The translations under genes and the position numbers were made by a program. A DNA stretch of 64,000 nt from Eledone cirrhosa (Eukaryota), in the NCBI GenBank assembly GCA_964016885.1, contig OZ024740.1, positions 407,836,001-407,900,000 of the forward strand, written 5' to 3'. Positions 50,281-64,000 of this stretch are shown here, one piece after another; the first letter of the stretch is position 1, and each line of letters starts with the position of its first letter. The notes beneath the pieces were generated by a model. That model was given only the letters and a program-made list of their open reading frames with translations, made no database searches and was not told the origin of the DNA.

Positions 50281-51097
50281 TGTAGCGAGATCTGTCCATG
50301 CCTTGAACCTTGGGTGACACCTAAAAGTCAAATTCTAGGTCACCACCCTTTTGGTGTGTACAGGTTCATGCGTGGGCTATCCCCTAAAGGTGGGAGGCAG
50401 AAAGCGACAGGTATATAAAGCCTATATTTTCGGAGCATTACGCTAGCAACTAACTATGTAAAGATTCACCGCTACCTTCAGGCCCTTGAGGTCTACAGAA
50501 ACACAGAGACATCGGAGCACCCCACTACAGAACAAGCTATGTGAAAGATTCACCACTATCAACAGACCCCAGTGGTCTACAGAAAGACATATAGATCGGA
50601 GCTCTACAATACACAACAAACTATGTAAAGATTCACCGCTATCAACAGACCCTAGAGGTCTACAGAGATACAGAGAGATCGGAGCCCTACTACTACAGAC
50701 CTGCTATGTAAAAGATATACCGCTAGGTACAAGCCACAGTGGTCTACAATCAATTACAGACCATTACTCTCTCTCACTCACTATGGTTTCAGAACTACTA
50801 ACACGGACTCTAACAACAACAACAACATTATCTGTTCACTCGCTGTTTTCACACCAACAACAACAGTCAACTATTACAGACTACAACAGACTACAACAGC
50901 CTCATCAACTAACAACAAAAATAACATTGTCAACCTTCGCAACTCTTGGTAACTGTTTTATTGTACTTTTTGATTGAAGTGAAGTAAACCATTTATAAAC
51001 TAAAAATCTTTATTCTTGTTATAATCATATCTAATAACCACATATAACCATTCTAACAATTTCTTACCAATACCTTTCGTTAAACCAAACATCTACA
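50281..51097 (+). mobile_element. Solo-LTR-like element with internal tandem repeats
   Basis: TGTAG...CTACA termini, TATATAAA at ~50412, flanked by direct repeat. Confidence 0.6.
50454..50748 (+). repeat. 83-84-bp tandem repeat, ~3.5 copies
   Basis: Units start CTATGT at 50454, 50537, 50621, 50704. Confidence 0.92.
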
Positions 51098-51939
51098 TAT
51101 ATGCACACACCATCACACTCACATATTCACATAACCCTGGAGATCAAATTGAAAAGCTTTCTTACTTTGTTAGTAACTGGTTTTAATTTTGCAAGTAATT
51201 TAAATAAACATAAATACATATACCATATAACTTTTCAGAACAAATCAAATTTGACATTTTACATTATCAAAAAGAAATCCTGCAGGAAGATTGCTTTCCA
51301 GTATTGTTCTTTATCCTCTTGTTAAACCTATTATCATATCTTCTCACAAACATAATGTTTATAGAAATAGATACCCTAAATCCAGAAACATCACTCATTA
51401 AACGGACCAAGTACTGAGCACATTAAAATAAATGTTTTGGCCATCACTACATTTCAAATTGAACTTTCTTTTATCTTGAAATAACAAAGCAGACATAAAA
51501 TAACTAGGACTCTTTTATCAGGTAGAAACAAAGCAATCCCTCTATTGTGGGCACCATGATAAAATGCACCAGTATGCCCTGTTATGTGGTTGATGATCAA
51601 ATGAAGACAACATAGGGTGGAACAGCTTCTTTAGTGTTGTTGAGAAATGGGTAACCATCTTTGTGCTGATACCATGAGAAAATGCTCTTAGTATACTTTG
51701 CATAATAGTTGGCATTAAAAAGACTAACTAGCCATAGAATCCATGTTAATAATAAGAATTTATGATTGAGATGTGGTCCTCTGACTCATCTAGGAGAGGA
51801 GTAATTCTAAAAAATAACTGAATTGAACCATAACCTATGCAACCTTTATCAGCATAGAAAGTAGAGGTGAAGTGATGATGGGGATGAAATTTGGTGAGTC
51901 CATATACGTATTCTTGATGGTAAGACAAGGAAAGACTGT

Positions 51940-52900
51940 CCTTTCTTTTAAAAAACAAAATATGAAAGACTTAACAATAAAGCCTTGATAATCAGCTGAA
52001 AACTACAAGTGTCTTTGACAGAACCAGAAATATAAGATACATAAGATCCAGATTGTAACATTGAAGCAGCATCTCCAGTAGGGAAAAAATTTGTGATCAC
52101 AAAAATAAATTAAGATAGCTAATGAACTTAAGGAGACATAAAATAAAAGCTGGTATAATTTCTTTCCAAGGATCAATGAAAAGTCCTACTTCATACTACA
52201 ACAAAATAAAAAATATTAAGATGTTCAATAAGAAGGTTGTACACAGCTACTTGAAATTGAAAACACAGATCACAGAGGGATTAACCTACTCTAAAAGCTT
52301 TGTATAGAGTACCCACAAGTTTATAACATCTCACCTTGAAGGTTATCTCTATGCAATCCATAAGCAATACATTATTAAATATCTGCAACACAAAAGACAA
52401 AAAGCAATAACTGTTTCTACTTTAGGCACAAGGCCAGCAATTACCCAGTGCATTACTGGTACTTTATTTTATCGACCCCGTAAGGATGAAAGGCAAAGTC
52501 AACCTCGCAATAACTGATGACAAATAAAGGCTATGCAAAACCAAAACTGAAGACTAAATTATTGTCAACTGTTGTGGATACCAGTAGCCCACTTCCCATC
52601 AATATGATAAAGAAAATGCAAAAGAAAATAGATATCTATAGACCATTGTTGCATTTTTGAGGAACCTGTAAATCCAGGATACAAAATACATTTTCAATTT
52701 ATACTTAGTGCTGCAGGATATGTAGCAACCTGCCTGGATCAAAGTATTGTAGAAATTGGGTTATTTGAGAAAGAACATAGCTCTTATATAGACCAGATGA
52801 TCATACTATTTGGAATGATAAAAATCTGTAAGACCCTTGAAATTTAAAGGCTGAAGGTCAGTGCAAAGGATGACAAAGAGAGCAAGATACACTTTTCTTT
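51940..52900 (+). pseudogene. Second degraded R4-like LINE C-terminal region
   Basis: EGYLYAI..Q.I, and REL-like VV..S.P....I.KE..K...Y.PL..ILSAAGYV remnants. Confidence 0.5.
52406..52506 (-). mobile_element. SINE S1, 5'-truncated, TSD GCAATAACTG
   Basis: Direct repeat flanks. Confidence 0.87.
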
Positions 52901-55900
52901 TAAAAAAAGTATCTTTTCTGTTACAACCCTGCCACTGAACAGGTGGCTTGTCAAAATAAACTCTAAAATTCCAATCAGGAAGAGAAAGTAAATACACACA
53001 CAAACGAATAATCAGTTTAATATACGCTCATATGTCAATGTGTATGCAGAAAGTATAAATATGTATATGATTTATCTGTGTATATTAATTATAGGAACAG
53101 AAATATACAAGGTCTATTGACCCTGGAAATTGCTTTAAAATGCAAAAGCAGAAAAACAACAACCATAATGTAATTATTTACCAAAAGGCAAAAGGAGAAT
53201 CATATGGTACAGTGAAATACAAAGAAGCAAATAAAGAAATGGAATAGGACAGATGTCGATGAAGCAAGAACATATGCTGAGAGAAAATTTCAGTGGAATA
53301 CAATTTTGAGTAGATAAGCTTGAATATTATCAAATCTAACATTTATAATACAGAGAATAATTGGTATAACAGTTCTAGGCATGACATTTTGTGAGGAAAA
53401 ACAAATAAACTGAGGAAGTGTTAATATTTTAATTTCTAATGCAACTAGGAAAAAGTGTATGTCAGTTGTTTATATCGGTAAACAGATAGTGGTAATGACA
53501 AACAGAAAACATGAAGAAGTAGGTGATTAAATGTGTATATAAATACAGGGGAAACACCAGAACTTCCACAATCATCATACACATGTTTAGGTTTTTCTTG
53601 TTTTTATACCTCTTATATTTTAAAAAAAATTTCCTTCTTCAAATTTATCTTGTTTATTCAACTTTTTGTTTGTTAATTTCAATTCTCAACTACTTCACTT
53701 TACATTTCTACTGTCTAACAAGGCATTCTTACCAATTTCTCAGTTCCTTTCACAACATAACAATTATTGTCAGATTTTTTATCCTTTGCAGACTAATGTA
53801 TAAATTCCCCATTTCCTTATCCATCTAAAATTGAAATATTCTTTCAAATCTCATTTTACAGCTAACAAATGCTACATAATTACAGTTTTGTGAATTCACT
53901 GCCATGCAGTAGAGCTCAGATTTAACAATCTACCTTTACTACGGAAATAAAATACTTATTCAAGTACAATATAAACTTTTAAAGTGCAATGCAAAAATTC
54001 TCTATAGAAATATTTTCGACAAACTACTTTTAAATCTATATAAATGCTGCTTTTTTTTAGTTTCACCTCTAGCACGGATGTTACCTAAGTAACATGTTTA
54101 CTATTATTGACTTCCATTCTAAAGACAGAGTTAATACAGCATACTTCACCTGAAATATATTGTTTTGAATGCATTGATTTCCTATCAATCTACAGGCTAC
54201 TAACTGGCCAAGTATTCTATACATTAGACAAATCATTTGCTTATACAACAAAAATAGTATTGGTTGTTGACTCAAATCATATTTTTTTCCTTGCATAAAT
54301 TAAAGATACTTTTTCACTATCAGTAATAATTTTCAAAGTTTGTGTTTATCACCTTTCTTATACTGATATAATAAATAGTTAGATCTCCCACTGATTACTC
54401 ATTATAATAACCAAATATTGTAATTAAAGACATATACACTAATTTGGAGACCATTATATGACACTATTACTATTACTTCAGTTCCTTTTGAAGAAAATTA
54501 GTTGTTAAATTGTGATGAATTTCTTAAAATAATCACCCATTTTTACTACAGTGAAAATTTGGTGGTATATATAAATGTTCATAGTATATCCACAATTACT
54601 TGAATTAAAAGCCATTTAATGCTATTAGTGTATCCGTTTCAAACTGTTGGTGATAAGATTACATCTAAAGTGTTCCTTTAACAAAAAAATATTAACATTT
54701 GAAGCAGAAGATACATCTATTACGTTGGTGCAGGTTTTCTTACTCTCTTACAGTATGAGAAAATATTGGAATTTAACGTTTCTATTTCATATTTATGTAT
54801 CTTGGAATTGATTCCATACAATGGCTTATTAAAAACATACTAACTAAAAGATAAGAGTTGTCAAGGTATCTGGTTATAGATATGAAATAAATAGTATTTT
54901 ACAAATGTGAAACACAGGCAGGGAACAAATCAATGAAAGAGCTTATATGTGGTCATTCAATCTGTTAAAAATAACAGCTAATTTCCCACTTCAAATCGTA
55001 ACCTACCATTTTAAAAACCAAAACCCAAAAGACACATTGAATGATGTAGTCATATATAAACAGAAAATAATTTTATTAACGTTTGTATATTCTCTGCCTC
55101 TTTCACCTCCACTTCTACTTCTTGACTAACCAATATGTTGGGCCTTGTTGTTGTCTCTTCTTTTCAGTTGCAGCTAATGGGTTAGTGGCAAATTTTCTCT
55201 TATTTGTAAATAGTCGAAAGTCTATCATCATGTCCTTTGTACATTTGTTACTGTCCCTTATGCACTAGAGCCAGTTGTATCAATCTTAAAGCACTGAAAA
55301 AACGTATCTCTAGCGGTTGACTGATGAGATGGGACTGTCTGTATTTATTTATTTTTCTGTCTTCACCATATATATTTTTTTAGTCATTTGTATGATTTTA
55401 GCTATGAGGGACTCTTTTTTCATATATATATATATTTGACCTCTCTTATAAAAAAATGAGATGATCAAAGCTTGAACAGCTTTCATCATAGATCTACTGA
55501 ACCAAGGTTGAGCTGAAGCTAAGCAACAACAACACAATCAGAAAAAAGAGAAGCAAAGTAATCTAATTTGTTGCTATAAAACAATTATATCATGGACAAA
55601 CAAAAGCTTGAACCGTAGAACAAGTTTCAATCTGTTGGGCTTAGCAAAACAGTCGATAGTTAAACCTACATTAAAGGAGTTTGGTTTCAAATCAAACGTA
55701 AGAAATGGCCTCCATATCTTCAACAAATAATAATCAACAAATGATATTATTGTATTTATAGAGTGGTTAAGTTGGCACACAATTGAAAATTATGTTTTCA
55801 ATGGGTAACATAAAATGCCTTTATTGATTGCCCTATTTTTTTAAATACATATATTTGCAATGAGTAGATCAATAGCTTGCAAGCATACTACAGCATGTAT

Positions 55901-56499
55901 AACTCAAAGACTATTACTTGTTATATTAAACCTTGATTGATATGAGCTGTCATGAAAAAGTTCGGGAAAGAAAACAGAGAATTACGTACAAGAGGTATGA
56001 AACTTTGAACACTAGAGCTTTAAGATTAAGTATTGTTTTTAAAAAGGTATTTTTTTGTGCAGCATCCAGCATGTATGAGAAGGTCGAGCCATTGCCAATA
56101 TCCTGTTGGCACTGCCTCAAATCAAAATGATAGTATATGAATGAGTTACATCTGAGTATAATAGGTGGGAAGAGTATTTTACAGGATAGCAACCTTAGAA
56201 TGTCAGGGCAGAATTACACATTGATATATAAAAATTGGGGAAGCTATGAATTGTTGGAGAAGTGTAGAGATTTAGAGGGTGTCACAAATACAGGTGGGCA
56301 TGTGGTATGGCCAAAGTGGAAATATCATTAATAGTGTAATTTATAAAAAAGAGTATTTCCTTCAGGTAATTTGTCAAAAGTATAAAACAAAAAAAAAAAA
56401 AAAAGACGATGGAATCCTTTCTTTAATTTTGCTAGTTTCAAGTTGAAATATTAACAATGGCTTCACTGATGGTGGGAAGGAATGATTATCTGGAGTTGG

Positions 56500-57340
56500 T
56501 GAGTACAATAACTAGGGTAAGAACGGGATGGAAGAAGTTTAGGGAACTACTACCACTGCTAGCTGCAAAAGGCTTCTCCCTCAAAATGAAAGGCAGACTG
56601 TATGATGCGTGTATCCGAACAGTGATGTTGCATGGTAGTGAGACCTGGGCGCTGAAGGTGGAAGACTTATGTAGATTAGAAAGAAACGAAGCCTGCATGC
56701 TCCGATGGATGTCTAACAGTAATATACGCGAACGACAAAGCATAAATGAATTGAGAGAGAGACTGAGCATAAGAGGAATCAAATGCTGTGTGCAGGAGAG
56801 GCGGTTGCGCTGGTATGGACATGTGATGCGTATGAAGGATGACAGCTGCATAAAAAGGTGCAGGGCACTAGAAGTCGATGGAAACCGCAGAGTGGGGAGA
56901 CCCAAGATGACCTGGGATGAGGTGTTAAAAGCCGACCTTACCCAATTACACCTCTCAAAGGCGATGAAGACATGACCGTGTCCTCTGGCGTCACGCAGTA
57001 ATACAGAGTACCCGACCTCCCATGGGTACAAGCTGAAGCATATAGACAATATGCCCCCACACCCCCCACCGCAAGGTGGTCGTGGAGGTGCCACGGCAAA
57101 AAAGCACCCAGCCCACACTGTAAAGTGGACGTGTAGGCACCATGGAAAAAAAGCACCCAGCACTCACTGTAAATGAGGTTGGTGTTAGGAAGGGCATCCA
57201 ACTGTAGAAATCAAGCCAAATCAGTTCCTGTATGAGCAAGGCATGGTCAGCTGACCAGACACTGCCCACAACAGGACAACCCGTCTAACCCATGCTAGCG
57301 TGGAAGAACGGACGTAAAACGGTGATGATGATGATGATGA
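56500..57340 (+). mobile_element. 5'-truncated RTE subfamily A copy
   Basis: ORF 56457-56975 nearly identical to 16950-17420; 2-bp insertion frameshift near 56966; same 3'UTR and (GAT)n tail. Confidence 0.94.
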
Positions 57341-59664
57341 AACTAGGCAATGAGACAGAATGTATAACTGAAGATAAGAAAACAAGAGTTTATTTAAGAT
57401 GAAGTCTGAATGAAAACAGCTTTTACTAGTATAAGTAATAAAATTTGGTTGTGTAAGGAATGTAAAGAAACATGCATAAGTGGATGCTTTTCTTTACTCA
57501 GCTGTGGTAAAGAGTGGTGGTGTCAACAGTAAAATACAATTGCTGCAAGGAATATTTAACATAAATCTAGAACTTTAATCATTTAACTGACCTTTAAATA
57601 CTGAGTTTTCAGGGTAAGAATATTTTGTGGAAAGTTGTGAGATGGGTGCAGATTTCAAGGTTACAGGTGGGTTTGGAGGTAACAAAAGGATCAGGGAATT
57701 TTCTGATCAGTGTCTTTCAAGGATATGGATAAATCCAGATATTAATTGGTGCAAACAACTGAAAATGGCATATGATTCAGCCATTGCAGCAGAATCATTA
57801 GTATAGGAGAACTGTGAGAGTCAGATTAAGTTATGTACATTGAAGTCGCCAAATATGATGACTATAAAAAGAGATGTGATGACATAGACATCTTCAATGA
57901 AAGACATAGTTGAATAGTCAGGGAAATAATAAAGACAGCAGATAAACTTAGAGCCAGAGTAATTGTACATTTGGAATAATTAATACCTAATCTAAAGAAT
58001 CAATAATCTTTAATTTACCATCTTGCAAGGAAGGTGATAATACTTTTATATATTCTCCCTTGGATGAGAACCAAAAGCTCAAAACATTAAACTGCTTCAA
58101 TCCTCACAATAAAACTCTTCCACAAAATCTCCCTTGGATTAATGTTTGTTGACACAGATCATTACCAGTTTCCTCAGACCAGATTTAACTGTATTCTTAA
58201 TTAAGTAATGATAATAATGATAGCATATTAGATATAATTGACTAAAAGCTTTCAATATCTATAATTTATCATGCAGCATTTTCTAAATAAGAACCACACC
58301 TCACTCAACAATAATTAATTTATATTTGACTTTAGTGAATATTTACTAAATTCATGTTTCCATAAAGTGAGTTTAAGTAATACATCAATCACAATCTTTT
58401 TGCAGAAACATATACATCACACCCAATCATTAATTCTTCTATGCTATACAGAAGACACCATGTTTTACAACTCCTGTTCCAATAAGAAAGCCTATTATTC
58501 AATTGCTAGAAATTACATCCAAATCTTTCTCAAATCTTCCACCCTAGCATCTTAAAAACGAACAGATTGGATAATGTAGCTCTGGATACCTTTACTCGAA
58601 TGAAGAGTGAAGAGTCATGGTTAGAATGACTAACCATAACTTTGCTCACTAAGGGTTAACTTGAGGTTAAACAACATTTTTCTAAAAGTCAGCAAAGGAA
58701 CTTCTGTATCATCACTCAGTCTGTTACAAATAGCAACCAAATCTCCCTCAAATTATACTCTTCCATCTTAAAAAGGGAAGGACACATTGGATAAATAATG
58801 TAATCTGAGAAACAGTATGCTTGTTTTAAAAAATGAGGTGATTACAGCTGGAATAAACAACTATGGTTGGAATGCTTTATATCATAGGTCAGCTTCATCT
58901 GGACTTTACTGCGCTCTCCCAACCTTCGAGTTTTTTTAATCATGTTCATCATGCATTTAAAACATCCACCTCATTTCTACCTGTTAATGCCTACAATTAT
59001 TCCTGCCTTCATGTTCCATCCATACTGGTATAGAATATTGATCATTCTGGATGGACTAAACCAGCTATTTTTTACCTCTGCCCCAAATTTCCCCAAGCTA
59101 CTAAAGAGTCTCAGAATACTCATAACTTTTCCCTTTACTTCCAAATTTAACTTAAATTCTAACATTAATTGGAGGATTATTTGATTTAATGTGTACAGAA
59201 TCTGATAACTTAATAGAAGCTGTATCTAGATGTCATTTCTACATCTTAATTGACATCAAAATACAGCTCAACAACCTTTGCTCTACACATTTTGATAATT
59301 AAAATCAACTATATGGGTTGAACTCCACAAATTTTATGAGAGCCTGTCATGGCAGCAAAATATATTTTATTTCCAACTCATCCAAAATAATTAAACAAGT
59401 AACTAAGATAATCTTCAAAATTATGCCTTTATACCAACATAGTTCAAAAGCAAAATTTTGAAATAATTAATAGCCTGCTTGATCAAAGATGTCAAGAGAC
59501 TTGTCGTCCATTCTTTGACTAACCAATATAAATCTATGCAAATATTTTCCAGGTAGTTTTAACTTTTAAAATTCTACATTTTTATACAAAACTCTTCTCT
59601 TTGAACATAATTTGTTATTTAATATCTTGCAAACTAAATTAATGAGTTAATAAATATCCTACAT

Positions 59665-59990
59665 AAATCATCATCATAATCATTGTTTAACGTCCATTTT
59701 CCATGCATGCATGGGTTTGGCTGATCATATTCTGAGGCTGGATAGATCAGGTGACTACATCTTGTTCATGCATTGCATTTTGGGCTTGGTTTCTATGGCT
59801 GGATGCCCTTCCTAATACCTGTAATGGAAGCATTTTTTGTTGCACTATCAGCTTATAGAGTGGACTGGATGTCTTTGTTGTAGCAACAGTGATACCACTT
59901 TATACAGAGTTAACTAGGTACTTTTTGCTATGGCACCAGCACTACCACTATACTAGGTGGACTGGGTGCTTTTTCTTGTAGTCATTCTGG
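59665..59990 (-). mobile_element. Diverged RTE-type 3'UTR
   Basis: tttctatggctggatgcccttcctaa, aacgtccattttccatgc. Confidence 0.65.
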
Positions 59991-60421
59991 CCATGGACAC
60001 ATAGCTGTTGAATATCTTCTAGTAAACACATCCACACTGGCTGTTGATTCCAAAGAGACAGAGAAATTCATCTGCTCATTGATATTGTGTCAACATAACC
60101 TCACGTCATTTAGCTTGCCAACTGAAGCAGCCTGCCAGGGTGTGGAATTAGAAGTCAAACATGAAAGCCTTTAGTGGGTGAATAAGAACCAGTGGGTCTG
60201 TCCACTCCCAAGGGGGCGCAGCTGCCAAACAACAAAAGTACTACCTTTACCCAGAGCCCCAAAAAGCCTACTCACATTGCCCCATTCATAGTCATTTCAC
60301 CTAGTTCTTTAAAGGTCTGAGTTACTTCAACTTAAAAGAATTCAACAAATACTGATATACAAATCAAAATCACTTTTTTATAAATGATATTTTGTGATTG
60401 AGTAGCTAGCAGTAGATTTTC

Positions 60422-60611
60422 TAATAATTGTTTCTACTTTTTGGCACAAGTCCAGCAATTACCAAGTGCATTACTGGTACTTTATTTTATCTACCCCGTA
60501 AGGATGAAAGGCAAAGTTAACTTTGGCGGGATTTGAACTCAGACTGTAAAGGGACGTAACTATGCTGGAAAGCATGGCGTCCGACCTTCTACTAATACTG
60601 CCAATCCCACT
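60422..60611 (-). mobile_element. SINE S1, full length
   Basis: Consensus match. Confidence 0.88.
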
Positions 60612-61234
60612 GGTTAGTTATTGATCTTTATGCTACTGCTTGTAAAAACAACTTTCTAAGCAGAATAATTGTATGCAATATGAAGTAAACCACTGATATA
60701 TTGCAAGAATTGGATGTTGCTGAATCTATTCTTATATTTACCATTATATGTTACTCTTATACTGGTGTTGAATATCATTGATTGACTGACATTTTAGCTG
60801 CAGCTATTATGTCTTACTGTGAACAAAATGTGTTAACTGTTTGCATAATTGGAACCTTGTTTCAAAATGTAGGTACACTTGGGAGATAATATGGAGCAGG
60901 CTGGATGACCAAGTACAAGTTATATCTACATACTTCCAGGGTGAAATTCATGAATGCAGCTTGTAGTAACCTTAACAGTACTTTCAATTACATGTACAAC
61001 AATAAATGCTTAAACAAAATAATTCATTAGTATGATATCATAACACATTTTAAAAATATATTGCCGTGTGTATCCCAGTTTTTAGAAAAAGTACACTGTA
61101 CTCTTGCATGTTGTAAGAAGCAACTAAAAGGGTTGGCACTAGAAAGGGCATCAAACTGTAAAACATTGTCTCAAAACATCCTGTCCAATCCATGCCAGCA
61201 TGGAAAAATGGATTTAAAAACAATGATGGTTCTC

Positions 61235-61518
61235 TCATCGTCATCATCACCGTTTTACGTCCGTTCTTCCATGCTAGCATGGGTTAGATGGGTTGTCCTG
61301 TTGTAGGCAGTGTCCAGTCGGCTGACCTTGTCTTGCTCATACGGGAACTGATTCTGGCTTGATTTCTACAGCTGGATGCCCTTCTTAACACCAACCTCAT
61401 TTACAGTGAGTGCTGGGAGCTTTTTTTCCGTGACGCCTACACGTCCACTTTATAGTGGGAGGGGTGGGGCATATTGTCTATATGCTTCAGCTTGTACCCG
61501 TGGGAAGTCGGGTCTTGT
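61235..61518 (-). mobile_element. RTE subfamily A 3'UTR with internal deletion
   Basis: Reverse complement of 9524-9872 lacking one repeat unit. Confidence 0.86.
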
Positions 61519-61825
61519 CTACCAATAGAAAAACACATTAAGACATAACAGTAACATTGCTGGCCAAATTTTGTTTGAAATATCTTTTTAAAAATCCAAA
61601 GGAATTGGAACTGTCATGCATAAATAATTTTATCCATTATAGCATCAGCTATTAAAATATTTCCATCATATTCAGTTATATAATACAATATGTTTTATTA
61701 CTATTGTCATGTAGCTGAATTAATTGTATATATATATGTATATATCCTTGACAGAACATCAAGATATTGTGAACAATTGGTAACAACCACCTTAACCATT
61801 CAATGAGAACTGATTTACTGACAAC

Positions 61826-62640
61826 CTGCATACGAACAGCAATGTTGCATGGCAGTGAGACCTGGGCATTGTGTGCAGAGGATATACGCAGACTAGAGAG
61901 GAACGAAGCTTGCATGCTCCGCTGGATGTGTAACAGTAATATACGTGAACGGCAAAGCATAAACGAACTAAGGAAAAAATTAGAGATAAGAGGGATCAGA
62001 TGTTGTTTACTCGAGAGAAGACTACGTTGGTATGGACACGTGATGCGCATGAAAGTCGATAGCTGTATAACAAAGTTCAGGGCAATAAAGATAGACGGTA
62101 GCCACAGAATAGGCAGACCTAGAAAAACCTGGGACGAGCTGATAAACTCCGACCTCACACACTTACACCTCTCCAAGACAATGTCACTGGACCGAGACCT
62201 TTGGCGGTACTCAGTAACAGAGAAGACCCGCCTTACCTAAATAAATATATAGTAAAACCTACTCCAGCCAGTAGGCATCTCTAACAAAATACACCCCGTC
62301 CCACCACCACCACCCCCACCCCATCCACACCACCCCGTTCTATGTAAAGTTATGTTGGTGCCGCGCCATCGAGGCCGAAACAAATGAGATCGTGTAGGTG
62401 TCACGACAAAAAAACACACAGTCCACGCTATAATGTGGCCGTGTAGGCAACACGGTAAAAACCTCCCAGACCCACACTGTAAATGTGGTTGGTGTTAGGA
62501 AGGGCATCCAACTGTAGAAAACCTGCCAGACAGTCCTATGCGAGCAAGACAATCACTCTTGCCTCAAGTGGGACTACCCCCGTCCAAACCCATGCAAGCG
62601 TGGAACACGGACGTTAAACGTTGATGATGATGATGATGAT
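61826..62640 (+). mobile_element. 5'-truncated RTE subfamily B copy
   Basis: ORF 61803-62240 (AMLHGSETW, RRLRWYGHVMRM, GRPRKTW), subfamily B 3'UTR, (GAT)n. Confidence 0.93.
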
Positions 62641-62789
62641 AAATGTAACATTCTCTTATTGCATAAGCACAGTTATGGCTCTATGGATAAGGGGCTCACT
62701 TTGCAGCTGCCAGATTTTTGGTTTAACCCCACTTCATGGCTTGTTGGGAAAATGTCATCAACTATAGCCTTGGGTTGATCAATGCCTTC

Positions 62790-63040
62790 ATCATCATGAT
62801 CATCATCATTTTACACCCGCTTTTCCCTGCTTCCAAGGGTGAGGCGGGTCCTATTCAGCACAGTATCTCTCCACTTGTCACGGTCCTTTGTCATCTTCTC
62901 CGTGACCTTCAACAATCTGAAGTCTGCTCTCACCATCTCTGCCCATGTTTTTCGTGGTCTTTCTCTACTGCGTCTTCCTTCTACTGGCATTTCTTGGCAC
63001 TTCTTTACCCAGCGGTCATCCTCCATGCACATCATATGTC
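62790..63040 (-). mobile_element. RTE subfamily C 3' end
   Basis: ORF 62811-63035 RPRKTWAEMVRADF...DRDKWR. Confidence 0.85.
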
Positions 63041-64000
63041 TATGGTAGATGGAAACTGCAGATGTTCATCTTATATATATATATATGTACACATATATGT
63101 GTGTGTGTCTCCATGTGTGTTTATCCTTGTATTAACATTTACTGTTTGTTTATACCATGTAGATTAGTGGATTGACAAATAGAGATTGATAAAATAGGTA
63201 CCTAACCTTAAAAAGTTATAAATAATGGGATCAGTATAACCAAGTAAATTTCTTGAAAGCAATGCCCCAGAAATGCTGCCATCTAATGACTGAAGCCAGT
63301 AAAAAAAAAAAAAAAAGAACCTTCTCAACAAATCAACAGGAACAGATTTGCTGACAACATAAATGAAAGTCACTGCAAATATCTAGCAAATAAATCTACA
63401 GCAGTTTTGGCAGTATTTGAACTCAGTACCATTATGACATGTTGGACAGACATAATTTAATGAAGAAATTAAACAATTTTTAGTTATTAGAAAATCCTCA
63501 TCTAATACTCAAGTGATCTATGAAACAAATACCCCCCCCCCCCCCCCCTAAAAAAAAAAAAACAATTCAAGGAAATAAAATGAGCCAAAAATATCTCATT
63601 GAAGCTACAACAATCAACCTCTTTTCTATTTATTTAACATTGAGGAAATTTTAAATGAAATGAATGTACACTGCACTAATTTTATTAATTGGTAGAAAGA
63701 ACACGTTTATTATACTTTATTTTCAAAATGTTAATATAGCTATCACTTAGAATCAGGGCCTGATTAAGCCCTTTTGAAGCCCTAAGAACTGAAAATATTT
63801 TGGCAGTTTCTTTTTGTGAATAGAGTTAAGTATCTTCTAGTATGTTGCTGTCCTGAACATAATCCTCAAGCTGTTCTCTGTAAGATCATTTACACTGAAT
63901 ATCTTTCAAAGGAGCAGTTTATGTCAACTGTTTTAGACAACACAAATATCATATTGTGCCTCTATCTGAAAATGTGCCTTTAAGTTTTTTGTGATCCCCC

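Noticed and set aside
50454-50748. CRISPR-like array or tandem type III hammerheads
   Set aside because: Whole units are homologous with no unique spacers and no cas genes; minus-strand CTGTTGA..GAAT lacks proper core and stem II
56486-57269. Long antisense ORFs (225 aa etc.), also at 16344-17714 and 2827-3336
   Set aside because: Shadow frames of LINE ORFs and 3'UTRs; no independent evidence

Overview
AT-rich, repeat-dominated eukaryotic (animal) genomic DNA, probably intronic or intergenic. The repeat content ((CAT)n/(TA)n/(CA)n microsatellites, tRNA-derived CORE-type and Meta-like SINEs, abundant RTE LINE 3' ends) looks like coleoid cephalopod/octopus DNA; this is an inference from recalled repeat families, not a database result. 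No host protein-coding gene could be established; most ORF-track entries are microsatellite or antisense-LINE artefacts. Recognisable content: a 5'-truncated GC-rich L1/Tx1 LINE, several RTE LINE subfamilies (two with a PHD finger inside the RT region), degraded R4-like (REL) LINEs, Penelope GIY-YIG remnants, TTAA-flanked piggyBac-type MITEs, about 25 SINE copies, and one solo-LTR-like element. Most interesting: (1) minimal type I hammerhead-ribozyme motifs in inverted, Penelope-like units (2.6, 6.5-7.1, 41.8-42.4 kb); (2) a minus-strand AG|GTAAGT recursive-splice-like site with a 47-nt cryptic exon at 23.0 kb; (3) a near-perfect ~495-bp inverted duplication at 28.8-30.3 kb; (4) an LTR-like element with 83-84-bp repeats bounded by a 23-bp direct repeat. 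Coordinates were read by eye and boundaries of degraded elements are approximate.
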